Below, one piece after another: positions 17,228 through 26,213 of a DNA stretch of 30,466 nt. Below the pieces are notes generated by a model. That model was not told where the DNA came from, did not search any database, and was given only the letters and a program-made list of their open reading frames with translations. The stretch is from NCBI GenBank assembly GCA_021788795.1, contig JAJYKG010000001.1, positions 1-30,466 of the forward strand, read 5' to 3'. Within the stretch, counting starts at the first letter, position 1. Each line of letters starts with the position of its first letter. The DNA is from Thermoplasmata archaeon (GTDB lineage Archaea > Thermoplasmatota > Thermoplasmata > RBG-16-68-12). A program made the translations under genes and the position numbers.

Positions 17228-18215
17228 GTGGATCGAGCACTCCGTACAGGATGTCCGCAACGATGTTGCCCGCGATGACCAAGAGCGAGATCATGAACAG
17301 GATGGCCCCCGCGAGGAACCGATCCTGGGTCTCGATCGAGGTCAGAAGATAGTAGCCCATGCCGAAGTAGGAGAAGATTTGTTCCAGGATGATGGCCCCC
17401 CCGACGACGAAGCCCAGGGCGATGACGATGCTCGTGACGACCGGAAGGTAGGCGTTCCGGGCCGCGTGCCGCTTCCGGACGATGCGCTCCGAGAGGCCCT
17501 TAGCCTTGGCCGTCAGGATGAAGTCCTCGCCCATGACCTCGAGCATGGACGTTTGCATGAGGAGAATCGTCCCGGCGGAACTGATCAGGACGAGCGTGAG
17601 CATCGGGAGCACCGCGTGGGACGCGACATCCACGAACTGGAACCACAGGGACGAGGGGTCGGTCCCGGCCCAGGGATAATGCTTCAGGACGAAGGACGCG
17701 TCCTGGAAGTGCCCCAGGTCGAAGATCGGGATGGTGAAGGCGAAGATGTAGAGCAGGATGAGGCCGATCCAGAACGACGGCATGTTGAAGAAGAACAGGC
17801 TGGTCATGATGACGCCGCCCTCGACGGCGCTCCCGCGCTTCCAGGCGATGTACCGGCCGACGAGAATCCCCAACATGTACTCGATGACCACCGCCCCGCC
17901 GAACAACAGGAGCGTACGGGGTAGCGCCTGCTGGATGATCGAGATGACCGGGACGCCGGTGATCGACTCACCGAACTGGAACGTGAACATGTTCACGATG
18001 TACTTGTACATCTGGATCCAGAACGGGTCGTTGAGCCCGTACTCACTCGCGACGTAGGCGATGGTCTGCTTGGGAATCGTGGGGTTGCCGCGCAGCCCGT
18101 CCAAGGGGCTGCCGGGCTGGGCCTTCCACAGGAGGAAGATGATGATCGTGACGATGAAGAGAGTAAGGAGGCCCTGAATGAGCCGACGCACGATGTAACG
18201 GCCTAGCGAGGCCAC
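17214..18215 (-). CDS. oppB: ABC permease OppB/DppB
   Basis: RYIVRRLIQ, FQFGES, LPRTLLL, the EAA loop (EDFILTAKAKGLSER), RNAYLP and LEQIFSYFGMG. SD GAGGGGGTGA before the GTG. Confidence 0.93.
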   Translation of the reverse strand: MASLGRYIVRRLIQGLLTLFIVTIIIFLLWKAQPGSPLDGLRGNPTIPKQTIAYVASEYGLNDPFWIQMYKYIVNMFTFQFGESITGVPVISIIQQALPRTLLLFGGAVVIEYMLGILVGRYIAWKRGSAVEGGVIMTSLFFFNMPSFWIGLILLYIFAFTIPIFDLGHFQDASFVLKHYPWAGTDPSSLWFQFVDVASHAVLPMLTLVLISSAGTILLMQTSMLEVMGEDFILTAKAKGLSERIVRKRHAARNAYLPVVTSIVIALGFVVGGAIILEQIFSYFGMGYYLLTSIETQDRFLAGAILFMISLLVIAGNIVADILYGVLDPRVRI

Positions 18216-18254
18216 GGTTCACCCCCTCGGATTCGCTCCAGGAATCTCCGGAGC

Positions 18255-18263
18255 CTATAATAT
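18255..18263 (-). promoter_or_regulatory. TATA box of an internal promoter for oppBCDF
   Basis: The minus strand reads AGCAAAC-ATATTATAG, about 40 nt upstream of the oppB start. Confidence 0.55.
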
Positions 18264-18305
18264 GTTTGCTCAACCTCAAGCCCATTGGAACAAAAGTTGG
18301 AAAGT

Positions 18306-18330
18306 GGACCGGGGTTCTTCGCCCCGGTCC
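18306..18330 (-). terminator. Stem-loop with a downstream U-rich tract after oppA
   Basis: GGACCGGGG-N7-CCCCGGTCC is a perfect 9-bp stem 8 nt after the oppA stop. On the minus strand it is followed by ACTTTCCAACTTTTGTT. Confidence 0.7.
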
Positions 18331-18338
18331 GTTCGCTC

Positions 18339-21300
18339 CTAGAGCTTCTCGTCCGGCCCAAGTTCCTCCTCGGCGGGGGACTTGGTCTCCGCAGGCTGCT
18401 CCGTCTCCTCGGGCATCGCCATCGTCGGCTTCTTCCGCCGGCGCGACAGCATGAGCCCGACGAGCGCGCCCACGACCAGGCCCACGATCAGCAGTCCGCC
18501 GGCGAGGGCGTAGGCCACGAGAGAGCCGATCGTGCTCTCGGCGGAGCCCACCGTGACCGACGTCGACTGGCTCCCGATCGCCACGGTGTACGTGCCGGCC
18601 GACGCGAAGGCGTACGACAGGGTCACGTTCGCCGTCCCGAGGGAACCGACCGACACGGACTGCGCGGCGACGGGTTGGCCGTTCACCATGAGGACGACCG
18701 TGGAGGTGCCGGCGACAGGCAGAACGTTCGTCACCGTGAGTGCGAACGTCGAGACCTGCCCAGCCGCGGCCACGTTCGTCGCCATGCCGCCGTAGGTCAG
18801 CACGGGCGCCGCGGCCATCAGACCGAACCAGGCACGGAGCACCTGACCGTCCGCGGTGGTGACGACGACCATCTGCTCGACCGCACCGACCCCTGCGGTG
18901 TACGTGAACACCGCGTTGCCGTTGCTGTCGGTGACGGCCTGGACGGCTCCGCTCCAGACGGACGCCCCGTCGACGGCGGCGCTAGCGCCGTTCGCCACAT
19001 GCACCGTGACCGTGGTCGTCCCTCCGAGGGGAACGATCGTCGAGGACGGCGTGGCGGTCGCGAAGTCCGTCGCCGTCGGGATGGCGAGATACCCGACGTT
19101 GAAGTTGAACGGGAACTTCGCCAGCAGGACCTCGAAGGTCGGGCCGAACCAGAAGTCACCGTAGCCGTCGCCGAACAGCTGGTCGCGGGCTCCGAAGGCG
19201 AACGCCGGGTCCGCGGGCAGGAAGCCGAAGGACAGCGCCTGCGAGAGGCTGAACAGCGGGGCCTTGTAGGAGTCGGTCGCGACGCCGTTCGCGTCCGTGG
19301 TGATCGTCCCGCCGAACGCACCTAGCACGTTCGTGGGCGATCCGCCCTGGACCAGGAACACCTGGACGTTGGACGCGGGGACATCCGTGGATCCACTCAG
19401 CTTGTAGAACGTGCCCGTGATCGTCTGGGTCCGCCCGGTCGTCGAGTTGTAGACGGGGTTCGAGAGCGTCCACGAACCGAGGGCAAACACCGGCGCGCGC
19501 TGGGACACGACCCCTGAGTCGATCCGGAAGACCGAGTTGCCCACCGAGGCCACTGCCGCGCAGGCGTTCACGGTCACGTTCATGTCCGGCTGCCCGACGT
19601 ACAGCTGCACCTGGAACCGCTGGTCCGCAATCTCCGGGTTCGCCCAGAAGGTCGAGGTGTAGGTGCCCGCGGAGCTGGTCACGCTCGTCGCGTTGATGTA
19701 GTACAGCCCGTTGAAGTTGCGCGGCCACGCGACGGTCCCCGCGGTCTTGCTGCCGCCGGAGTTGCACGAGTCGATCGTTGCGTTGATCGCGTAGTTGTTG
19801 CCCATGTTGGCGAGCTCATAGTCGTTGACCATGTTCTCGACACCGTAGGCGGGCCCCTGCTTGATGTTCGGTCCCGGAACGGAGGGCCCGATCGGGCCCG
19901 TCGAGTTCTGGAAGGTGCCGCCCAGAGAGCCGAACCCGAAGAACGTGCTCAGCTCCAGGCCGGATCCCGCGTACTCGATGTTCTGGTAGCCGCCCTTCGT
20001 CCCCGACACGTTGACGAGCGTGTACACGAACGGGAACTGGGCCGCCAGCCCGTAGTCGCCGAGCGGGATGTTGAACATCACCGGGACGCCCGATGCGACA
20101 GCGCCCGTCTGATCCCACAGGTGCGCCGTCACGGTGTCCGTGGTCTTCGACGCCGAGAAGGCGAGCGCCCGCGAGCCGAAGGTGAGTTCCGCCGCGTAGC
20201 TAGCGTTCAGTACGTTGCTGCCCACGACAAACGCGAGCTCGTCCGAGGTCGCCGTGGCGTTGAACGGCGTGTCGAAGCGGACGAACACGTTCGTGTCGTT
20301 GGTCTTCACCGCGTTCACCTGGGGCGCGTTGCCCGTCATCGTGAACGTGGCCAGACCGCTGGCATCGGTCTTCGCGTATCCTGGCGCGATGGTCAGGTTC
20401 TTCGGGTCGGAGTTCTCGGCCGTGATGTTCACGCCGGGCACCCCCGCCCCGCTGAAGCCCGCCGCCTTGACGACAACCGTGGTCGAGGGGTGCGTGGTGT
20501 TCAGGACGAGGCCCGTCCCGATGCTCTGCACGGAGACGATGTCCACGTTCGGGGCGTTCGGGTTCTGCACCGCGATGGTCAGCGACGCGGACTGCGTCGT
20601 CCCGACGATCGTGTCCGGCACGCTCACGTTCGCGAGGATCGTGTCGAGCAGGTTCGCGTTCGGGAACAGCGCCGCGGTCGCTGGCGCGGTGTAGGTGAAG
20701 GTCGCGTGCCCGTTGGCGTCCGTGACGAAACTGGACCCGGAGGCGGTCCCAAGCATGAGGTGCGTGTCCAAGGTGACCGTCTGGCCGGCGATCGGGTTAC
20801 CTAGCCCGTCCACCAGCGAAGCCGTCACCGTGGCCGTGCCTCCCGGGAGGATGACCGGCGTCGGCGTCGAGAGCGACAACGTGGCCATCGGCGCCGGCGG
20901 CCCGACCGAGACCTCGAGCTCCTTCGTGACCGTGGAGGTCGCGCTGCCTTTGGCCGCCGTGACGGTCAGGTAGATGTTGCCCTGGATCACCGGGACCGTC
21001 CAGCTCACCTGCGCCCCGCCCGTGACGTCCGTCGTGCCGCTGGCACTGTTGAGCGCCGTGCCCGAGGGCAGGGACGCGTTGAGCCAGACCGTCGCGCCGT
21101 CCACCGGGACCCCGTTCTGGGAGACGTAGGCGGGAACCTGCATCACGTGATTCGCGAGCACCCGCTCCGGCACCGTGGTCGCCACGTTCAGCGTGCCCGA
21201 AGGCGGCGGCACGGCCGGGACTCCCGCGGGTCGCAGGCTGACGAGGGAGTAGAAGTTGAAGACTCCGCCGCCGCCCGAGAGCGCGTTCAGCACCGGGTTG

Positions 21301-23249
21301 TCGATGAAGCCCGACCACCGCGTGTTCAGGTAGGCGTTGATGTTCTTGCGGTAGTACAGGACGTTCCACGGAATCGCGTTCGTCACGATCCCTTCGACCT
21401 GCTGGATCTCCTGGATCCGCTTGGTCTGGTCGACCGTGTAGGGGATGACATCGTTCGCGAGGTAGTCCACCGTCGCGTTGCTGAATCCCGCGGAGTTCGA
21501 GCCCGCCGGGTTGATGTTCGGGTCCTGGTTCGTGCAGAAGAACGCGCACAGGTACGTCTCCGGGTAGGGGCCTAGGCTCCATCCGAGGATGTAGATGTCG
21601 AAGCTCACCGGGGGCGAGAACGCCTTGGCCACGATCGTGTCGAAGCTCGTGGGGGCGGAGTTGATGTCCAGGCCCGCCTGCTTCAGGTTGTTCGAGATCA
21701 TGATGCCCGCGTCGGCCCGCACCGGGTCGTAGTCCTTGGGCGGGGTCAGGATCGTCGCGGAGATCGGGGTCCCGTCCGGCGTGTCGTAGAACCCGGTGTT
21801 CGGGTCCTTGTGGAACCCGCAGCCGTTCAGCTTGGCATCGATGCCGGCCAGGTTGAACGACGGGGCGTTCGCCGAGAAGTTCACGTAGGCCGGGTTGATG
21901 ATGGAGATCGGCACCGAGCCAGGCACGCCGAAGCCGCCCAGCAAGGTGTTGACGATGTAGTTCTTGTCGATCGCCATCGAGATGGCCTGCCGCAGGCAGA
22001 GGCTGTACGGCTCCTGGCCCCAGGGCGCCTTCCGCATGTTGAAGGACAGGTAGAAGAACCCGCTGTCGGTGACCGTGTCGACGGAGATCGCCGGGTTCGA
22101 CTGGACCTGGGTGTAGAAGCCGGGCGTCAGGGACCAGATCAGGGTGTCAATCACGCCCTGTTGCAGGGCCAGGCTGACGACGTCCAGGCTGCTGTAGATC
22201 ACGAACTTGATCGACTGCAGGTAGGCGTCTCCCGTGATCGGGTTGATCTGGGGGTAGAACGGGTAGTTCACGCCCTGCCAGACATGGCCCAGGCCGATGC
22301 CCCAGTAGGTCGGGTCCAAGGAGACGAGGGAGCCCTGGTTGTGGACCCACGACGTCAGCTCGAACGGCCCCGTGCCGATGGTGGCGGCGAGCGTGCTGTA
22401 GCTGAAGTCGATCGACCGGTCCCACGTGTCGCTTACCGCCGCGGACGTCGAACTCGAGTAGTTCGCCTGGGCCGTGGGGTCGATGTGGCCGGCCCAGATG
22501 TGCTCAGGGATAATCGACGTGCTCAGCGTCGTGGTGAAGAACAGCGCATAGGCGCCCGGCGTCGCCTGGCCCGTGATGGGGACCGGCAAGAGCTGGAACC
22601 GCACCGCGTACTGGTTACCGGAGACTCCGAACACCGCGATGTGGGACATGCAGGCGTACTGCATCCCTGCGGGTGCCTTGCAGCTCCCACCGTAGGTGGT
22701 CGAGTTCCACAGGGGCGCGATGGGCTGCGGGAACCAGAGTGCCTGGTAGATGCTCGAGGCCAGGGTGGACCAGGCGAGGGTCTGGTACGAGAAGATCACG
22801 TCGGACGCGTTCATCGGCGTGCCGTCCGTGAAGTGCACGGCCGGATTGATGAACACCGTGAAGTTCAGTCCCGATCCCCCCGTGCCGCCGTCGTAGCACA
22901 TGCCGGGGTACGGCGCCTGAACGTACGTACTCCCCATGACGCTCTGACAGGTGGCCGTCGAGATCATTGACTGGTTGGCCAAGTCGGGATACACGCTGGA
23001 ACTTGGGTCAATCGTGTATAGCGCCTCGAAGTCGTACTCTAGCTGATATGCCTTCCAAACGGTATTCGTCGCCGGATCGAACAGGTTGAGGGTAGTCATG
23101 TCATTCTGAAGACCCACAACGAGCTGGTTCGGGCCGGCCTGGGCGGATACCGGGTTGGGCTGCACCATGAACACAAAGCCCGCGAGAATCATCACCCAAA
23201 CGAGGATGGTCACGCGCAGAGCGTTCGAGCCGAGCAATTTGCTTACCAT
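18339..23249 (-). CDS. oppA: Giant family-5 (OppA/DppA) substrate-binding protein fused to Ig-like repeats, with a C-terminal TM anchor
   Basis: Signal peptide ending VSA-Q. The SBP domain (about aa 39-670) has FEALY, VHFTDGTPMNASDVIFS, IGTGPFEL, YLSFNMRKAPW, LRQAISMAIDK and AIPWNVLYY. It is followed by repeated TD(A/S)xG-x-A-x-F beta motifs, a CARDB-like module, a TM helix and an acidic tail. Confidence 0.9.
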   Translation of the reverse strand: MVSKLLGSNALRVTILVWVMILAGFVFMVQPNPVSAQAGPNQLVVGLQNDMTTLNLFDPATNTVWKAYQLEYDFEALYTIDPSSSVYPDLANQSMISTATCQSVMGSTYVQAPYPGMCYDGGTGGSGLNFTVFINPAVHFTDGTPMNASDVIFSYQTLAWSTLASSIYQALWFPQPIAPLWNSTTYGGSCKAPAGMQYACMSHIAVFGVSGNQYAVRFQLLPVPITGQATPGAYALFFTTTLSTSIIPEHIWAGHIDPTAQANYSSSTSAAVSDTWDRSIDFSYSTLAATIGTGPFELTSWVHNQGSLVSLDPTYWGIGLGHVWQGVNYPFYPQINPITGDAYLQSIKFVIYSSLDVVSLALQQGVIDTLIWSLTPGFYTQVQSNPAISVDTVTDSGFFYLSFNMRKAPWGQEPYSLCLRQAISMAIDKNYIVNTLLGGFGVPGSVPISIINPAYVNFSANAPSFNLAGIDAKLNGCGFHKDPNTGFYDTPDGTPISATILTPPKDYDPVRADAGIMISNNLKQAGLDINSAPTSFDTIVAKAFSPPVSFDIYILGWSLGPYPETYLCAFFCTNQDPNINPAGSNSAGFSNATVDYLANDVIPYTVDQTKRIQEIQQVEGIVTNAIPWNVLYYRKNINAYLNTRWSGFIDNPVLNALSGGGGVFNFYSLVSLRPAGVPAVPPPSGTLNVATTVPERVLANHVMQVPAYVSQNGVPVDGATVWLNASLPSGTALNSASGTTDVTGGAQVSWTVPVIQGNIYLTVTAAKGSATSTVTKELEVSVGPPAPMATLSLSTPTPVILPGGTATVTASLVDGLGNPIAGQTVTLDTHLMLGTASGSSFVTDANGHATFTYTAPATAALFPNANLLDTILANVSVPDTIVGTTQSASLTIAVQNPNAPNVDIVSVQSIGTGLVLNTTHPSTTVVVKAAGFSGAGVPGVNITAENSDPKNLTIAPGYAKTDASGLATFTMTGNAPQVNAVKTNDTNVFVRFDTPFNATATSDELAFVVGSNVLNASYAAELTFGSRALAFSASKTTDTVTAHLWDQTGAVASGVPVMFNIPLGDYGLAAQFPFVYTLVNVSGTKGGYQNIEYAGSGLELSTFFGFGSLGGTFQNSTGPIGPSVPGPNIKQGPAYGVENMVNDYELANMGNNYAINATIDSCNSGGSKTAGTVAWPRNFNGLYYINATSVTSSAGTYTSTFWANPEIADQRFQVQLYVGQPDMNVTVNACAAVASVGNSVFRIDSGVVSQRAPVFALGSWTLSNPVYNSTTGRTQTITGTFYKLSGSTDVPASNVQVFLVQGGSPTNVLGAFGGTITTDANGVATDSYKAPLFSLSQALSFGFLPADPAFAFGARDQLFGDGYGDFWFGPTFEVLLAKFPFNFNVGYLAIPTATDFATATPSSTIVPLGGTTTVTVHVANGASAAVDGASVWSGAVQAVTDSNGNAVFTYTAGVGAVEQMVVVTTADGQVLRAWFGLMAAAPVLTYGGMATNVAAAGQVSTFALTVTNVLPVAGTSTVVLMVNGQPVAAQSVSVGSLGTANVTLSYAFASAGTYTVAIGSQSTSVTVGSAESTIGSLVAYALAGGLLIVGLVVGALVGLMLSRRRKKPTMAMPEETEQPAETKSPAEEELGPDEKL

Positions 23250-23297
23250 GGCCGTACTCCTCCGCTAAACCCTTAAGACGCCCCAAGCGTCGGGATG

Positions 23298-23306
23298 CTA
23301 TAAATA
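23298..23306 (-). promoter_or_regulatory. TATA box of the oppA promoter
   Basis: The minus strand reads CAAAATG-TATTTATAG. An SD GGAGGAG precedes the ATG at 23249. An inverted repeat GACGC-N5-GCGTC at 23277-23291 lies between the box and the expected start site. Confidence 0.65.
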
Positions 23307-23501
23307 CATTTTGCGGTTGACCACAAAGTGTCTCGCCGATTCCTGGCGCTCCGGAGTGAACCGGGCGGACATGGAGGAATCGTACGCCGCGTGCCGGATT
23401 TCGGTCGGCCAGAGGTCCGGCGGGAACGCGGCGTTGCCGAGACGCGGATATCGAAGATCGCCGGTCCACGTCAGGCGACGGCGGTCCGTCCCGCGTTGTA
23501 C

Positions 23502-24284
23502 TCACGCGTGCGCAGCTTCGAAGAGATCGCGCAGGAAGCGCGAGCGCAGTTCCAGGCCCTCGCCGATCTCGCGCCACTCATCCAGGACCTTGGGCTTCAG
23601 CAGCGGCACGAAGCGGACCGCATACCGCACGTCCATGAGCACGAGAGGCTCCGCGGGCGCCATGCCGAAGTCGTGCCGCTCGCCCTGGAGGGCGGCTTCG
23701 ATTTCCGCGAGTCTGATCTCCCCGGCCGCATGCCCGACGAGCGCGGCGACGATTCGGCGGATCATCCCGCGGCGGAAGCTCTGGGCGCGGACGTCAACCA
23801 CCTCACCTTCCCCTGCGGGGTTCACCTCCACGCGGCTGATGGCGTGCGGCCCGGCCGGGGGATCCGAGGTGAACCAGCGCAGGTCGTGCTCGCCTTCGAA
23901 AGCCGAGGCCGCGGCGCGTAACGCGTCGAGCGGAAGGCGGCGGAGGAGGTGGTACCGGTACCAACGTTCCTCGGCGTGACGGGGATGGAAGGAATCGGGG
24001 ACCGCCGCGAAAGCCCACGCCCAGACCCCACGTGATTTGTCGTTGAAGGCACCGACCACGGCCTCTGGCCGGAGGGACGTGTTGAACGCAATGACGTTCC
24101 CCACGGCGCTCACGCCCCGGTCCGTGCGGCTCGCGCTCCGGAAGAACGCCTTCCCGGGGTCGGAAAGGATCTTCGCAGCCTTCAGGGCCGCGAGGCACTC
24201 GCCCTCGACCGTGCGGGCGTCGGGCTGCCGCTGGTGGCCGTAGAACGCCCGCCCGTCGTAGCTGATCTTGAGCGCGACCCGCAT
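23502..24284 (-). CDS. truA: tRNA pseudouridine(38-40) synthase
   Basis: MRVALKISYDG...QRQPDARTVEGE, catalytic ASRTDRGVSA, FHPRH...RWYRY, FEGEHD and SFRRGMIRRIV. Start moved to 24284. Confidence 0.92.
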   Translation of the reverse strand: MRVALKISYDGRAFYGHQRQPDARTVEGECLAALKAAKILSDPGKAFFRSASRTDRGVSAVGNVIAFNTSLRPEAVVGAFNDKSRGVWAWAFAAVPDSFHPRHAEERWYRYHLLRRLPLDALRAAASAFEGEHDLRWFTSDPPAGPHAISRVEVNPAGEGEVVDVRAQSFRRGMIRRIVAALVGHAAGEIRLAEIEAALQGERHDFGMAPAEPLVLMDVRYAVRFVPLLKPKVLDEWREIGEGLELRSRFLRDLFEAAHA

Positions 24285-24323
24285 CCGAAGACGATATTCC
24301 CTTGTAGATAATATAGAGCGACG

Positions 24324-25049
24324 ATGCCCCGGGTCCGAGTGATCTTGGTTGAACCGAAGAACGAGGGGAACGTCGGCGCGGTCGCGCGCGCGATGCGGAA
24401 CTTCGGCGCGAGCGAGCTGGTCCTCGTGAGGCCGTGTCCCATCGGGGACGAGGCGGGGAAGCGCGCGATGCACGGCCGAGAAATCCTGGAAGCCGCCAGG
24501 ACCGTGGACTCCCTCGCCGCGGCCGTGCGGGGCGCCGACCTACTCGTCGGCACCTCCGGGATCGACACGGAGAGCGAGAAGCACTTCGCGCGCATCGCGA
24601 TGCACCCCCGCGAGCTGGCGGCGCGCGTGGCACCGATGGACGGCACGCTGGCCGTCGCTTTCGGGCGGGAGGACTTCGGGCTGCTCGAAGACGAGCTCGC
24701 GCAGTGCGACTTGCTCGTCAAGATCCCAGCTTCCGCGGAATACCCGATCCTCAACCTCTCCCACGCCGCCACGATCGTCCTCTACGAGCTCTTCGGCGCG
24801 CGCGCGGCGGCGCGGGGCCGCCGCGAGGCCTCCGGCTTCGAGAAGGAGAGACTCCAGGAGGCGTTCGCCGCCCTCCTGGAGGCCACCCACTACCCCGATC
24901 ACAAGCGCGGCCGCACGAAGGTCATGTTCCGGCGGCTGGTGGGCAGGGCCGTGCCGAGCAAGTGGGAGTTCCACGCGCTGATGGGCGTGCTCCAGCGGGC
25001 CACGAAGCGGATCGAGAGGCTCGAGCGGGAGCCTCGACGCCTCACCTGA
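24324..25049 (+). CDS. trmJ: SPOUT tRNA methyltransferase, TrmJ family
   Basis: VILVEPKNEGNVGAVARAMRNFG, AFGREDFGL and IPASAEYPILNLSHAATIVLYE. Confidence 0.9.
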   Translation: MPRVRVILVEPKNEGNVGAVARAMRNFGASELVLVRPCPIGDEAGKRAMHGREILEAARTVDSLAAAVRGADLLVGTSGIDTESEKHFARIAMHPRELAARVAPMDGTLAVAFGREDFGLLEDELAQCDLLVKIPASAEYPILNLSHAATIVLYELFGARAAARGRREASGFEKERLQEAFAALLEATHYPDHKRGRTKVMFRRLVGRAVPSKWEFHALMGVLQRATKRIERLEREPRRLT

Positions 25050-26061
25050 CGGCGCCGATGCGCATCGTGCGGTCCGTCTTCTCCATGCTCTTCCGCGGAT
25101 CCTTCTCGAGCTGCAGGAGCGCGCGGATCGCGTCCACGTTCTCCGGCACAACGTCGGACTCCTGGTGGACCGCCTGGAAATAGTACAGGTGCTTCCCTTC
25201 GACCACGTGGACGCCGTCCTTCCACACGGCGATCTCGTACAGATCCGACCGGTCGCGCGACAGGTCGCGGGCCAGCTCCATGATCTGGGCCGTGGACTTG
25301 ACGCCCTCGCCGCCCGAGACGAATGCGACGCGCGGGAAGCGCTTCCATACGTCCAGCACCTGCGCCTCGTCCACCGGCTCCTTCAGGTCGACGGAGACCG
25401 CGTGGAGGTGCATGAGCGTCGAGGAGACCTTCACCGCAATCGTGTGGATGTTCAGCTTCGGGAGCACGCTCTGGACGTCCGGGCCGTGGTGGCTCGGCAT
25501 CTCGAGCTCCGGCTCGATTGCGTTGATGGGGCCCTTCTTGGAGTCGCCGGGGTCCGCGGCGCGGCGGACCATGACCGCGAGGACCTTCTCGACCCCGATG
25601 TGCGCGTCGAGGGGGTAGAGGGTGCGGATCAGCCCGGTCGTGTTGCACGAGGGGACGCGCACGAAGCGCGCCCCGAGGCAGTCCGCGTAGTTCGCGGCGG
25701 CGTTGAAGGAGAGGTTCGTCAGGGAGTGCTCCTCGCCGCCCTGCCAGACCGCCTTCACGCCCGCCTTCTCGTACATCGGCTTGTACCCGCTCTCCTCGGG
25801 CGTGCAGTCCACGACCAAGTCGGCCTCCTTGAGAAGGTCCTCCAGCGTGCCGGCGGCCTGGAAGCCCGCCTTCGCGAACTTGCCGAGGGACTCCTTGTCG
25901 CTTGCGTACACCGAGTACCCTTTCTTCGCAGCGAGCTTGGCCTCGAAGTTGGGCTTCGTCTTCGCGACGCCGACGACCTTCATGTCGTCCTGCAAGGAGA
26001 CGGCGTCGGCGACACGCTTTCCGATTGTTCCGTATCCGTTGATGGCGATCTTCGCGGGCAT
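25042..26061 (-). CDS. gap: Glyceraldehyde-3-phosphate dehydrogenase, archaeal type II (phosphorylating)
   Basis: IAINGYGTIGKRVADAV, VVDCTP, QGGE, catalytic VPSCNTTGL, SHHGPDV and QAVHQESDVVPENVDAIRA. Start moved to 26061. Confidence 0.95.
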   Translation of the reverse strand: MPAKIAINGYGTIGKRVADAVSLQDDMKVVGVAKTKPNFEAKLAAKKGYSVYASDKESLGKFAKAGFQAAGTLEDLLKEADLVVDCTPEESGYKPMYEKAGVKAVWQGGEEHSLTNLSFNAAANYADCLGARFVRVPSCNTTGLIRTLYPLDAHIGVEKVLAVMVRRAADPGDSKKGPINAIEPELEMPSHHGPDVQSVLPKLNIHTIAVKVSSTLMHLHAVSVDLKEPVDEAQVLDVWKRFPRVAFVSGGEGVKSTAQIMELARDLSRDRSDLYEIAVWKDGVHVVEGKHLYYFQAVHQESDVVPENVDAIRALLQLEKDPRKSMEKTDRTMRIGAVR

Positions 26062-26213
26062 GGAGCAACCCCCGGCCAGACCGAAGGACAGGCGCCCCAT
26101 TAAGATTGTGGGGAGACTGTATGTTCGGAGGGCGGGTTCCCTGGTTGCCCCGATAAAGCTGTCGGCGAGCGCGGGGGAACAACGTACATCTCCGTCGTCC
26201 GCCATGCCGGTGC

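Noticed and set aside
14999-17278. 759-aa plus-strand ORF and other ORFs antisense to the opp genes
   Set aside because: These are mirror frames of oppC and oppA with no independent motif evidence.
23310-23501. Hidden RNA gene or small ORF in the ~190-bp gap between truA and the oppA promoter
   Set aside because: I find no tRNA cloverleaf, C/D boxes, convincing long stem or credible start signal.
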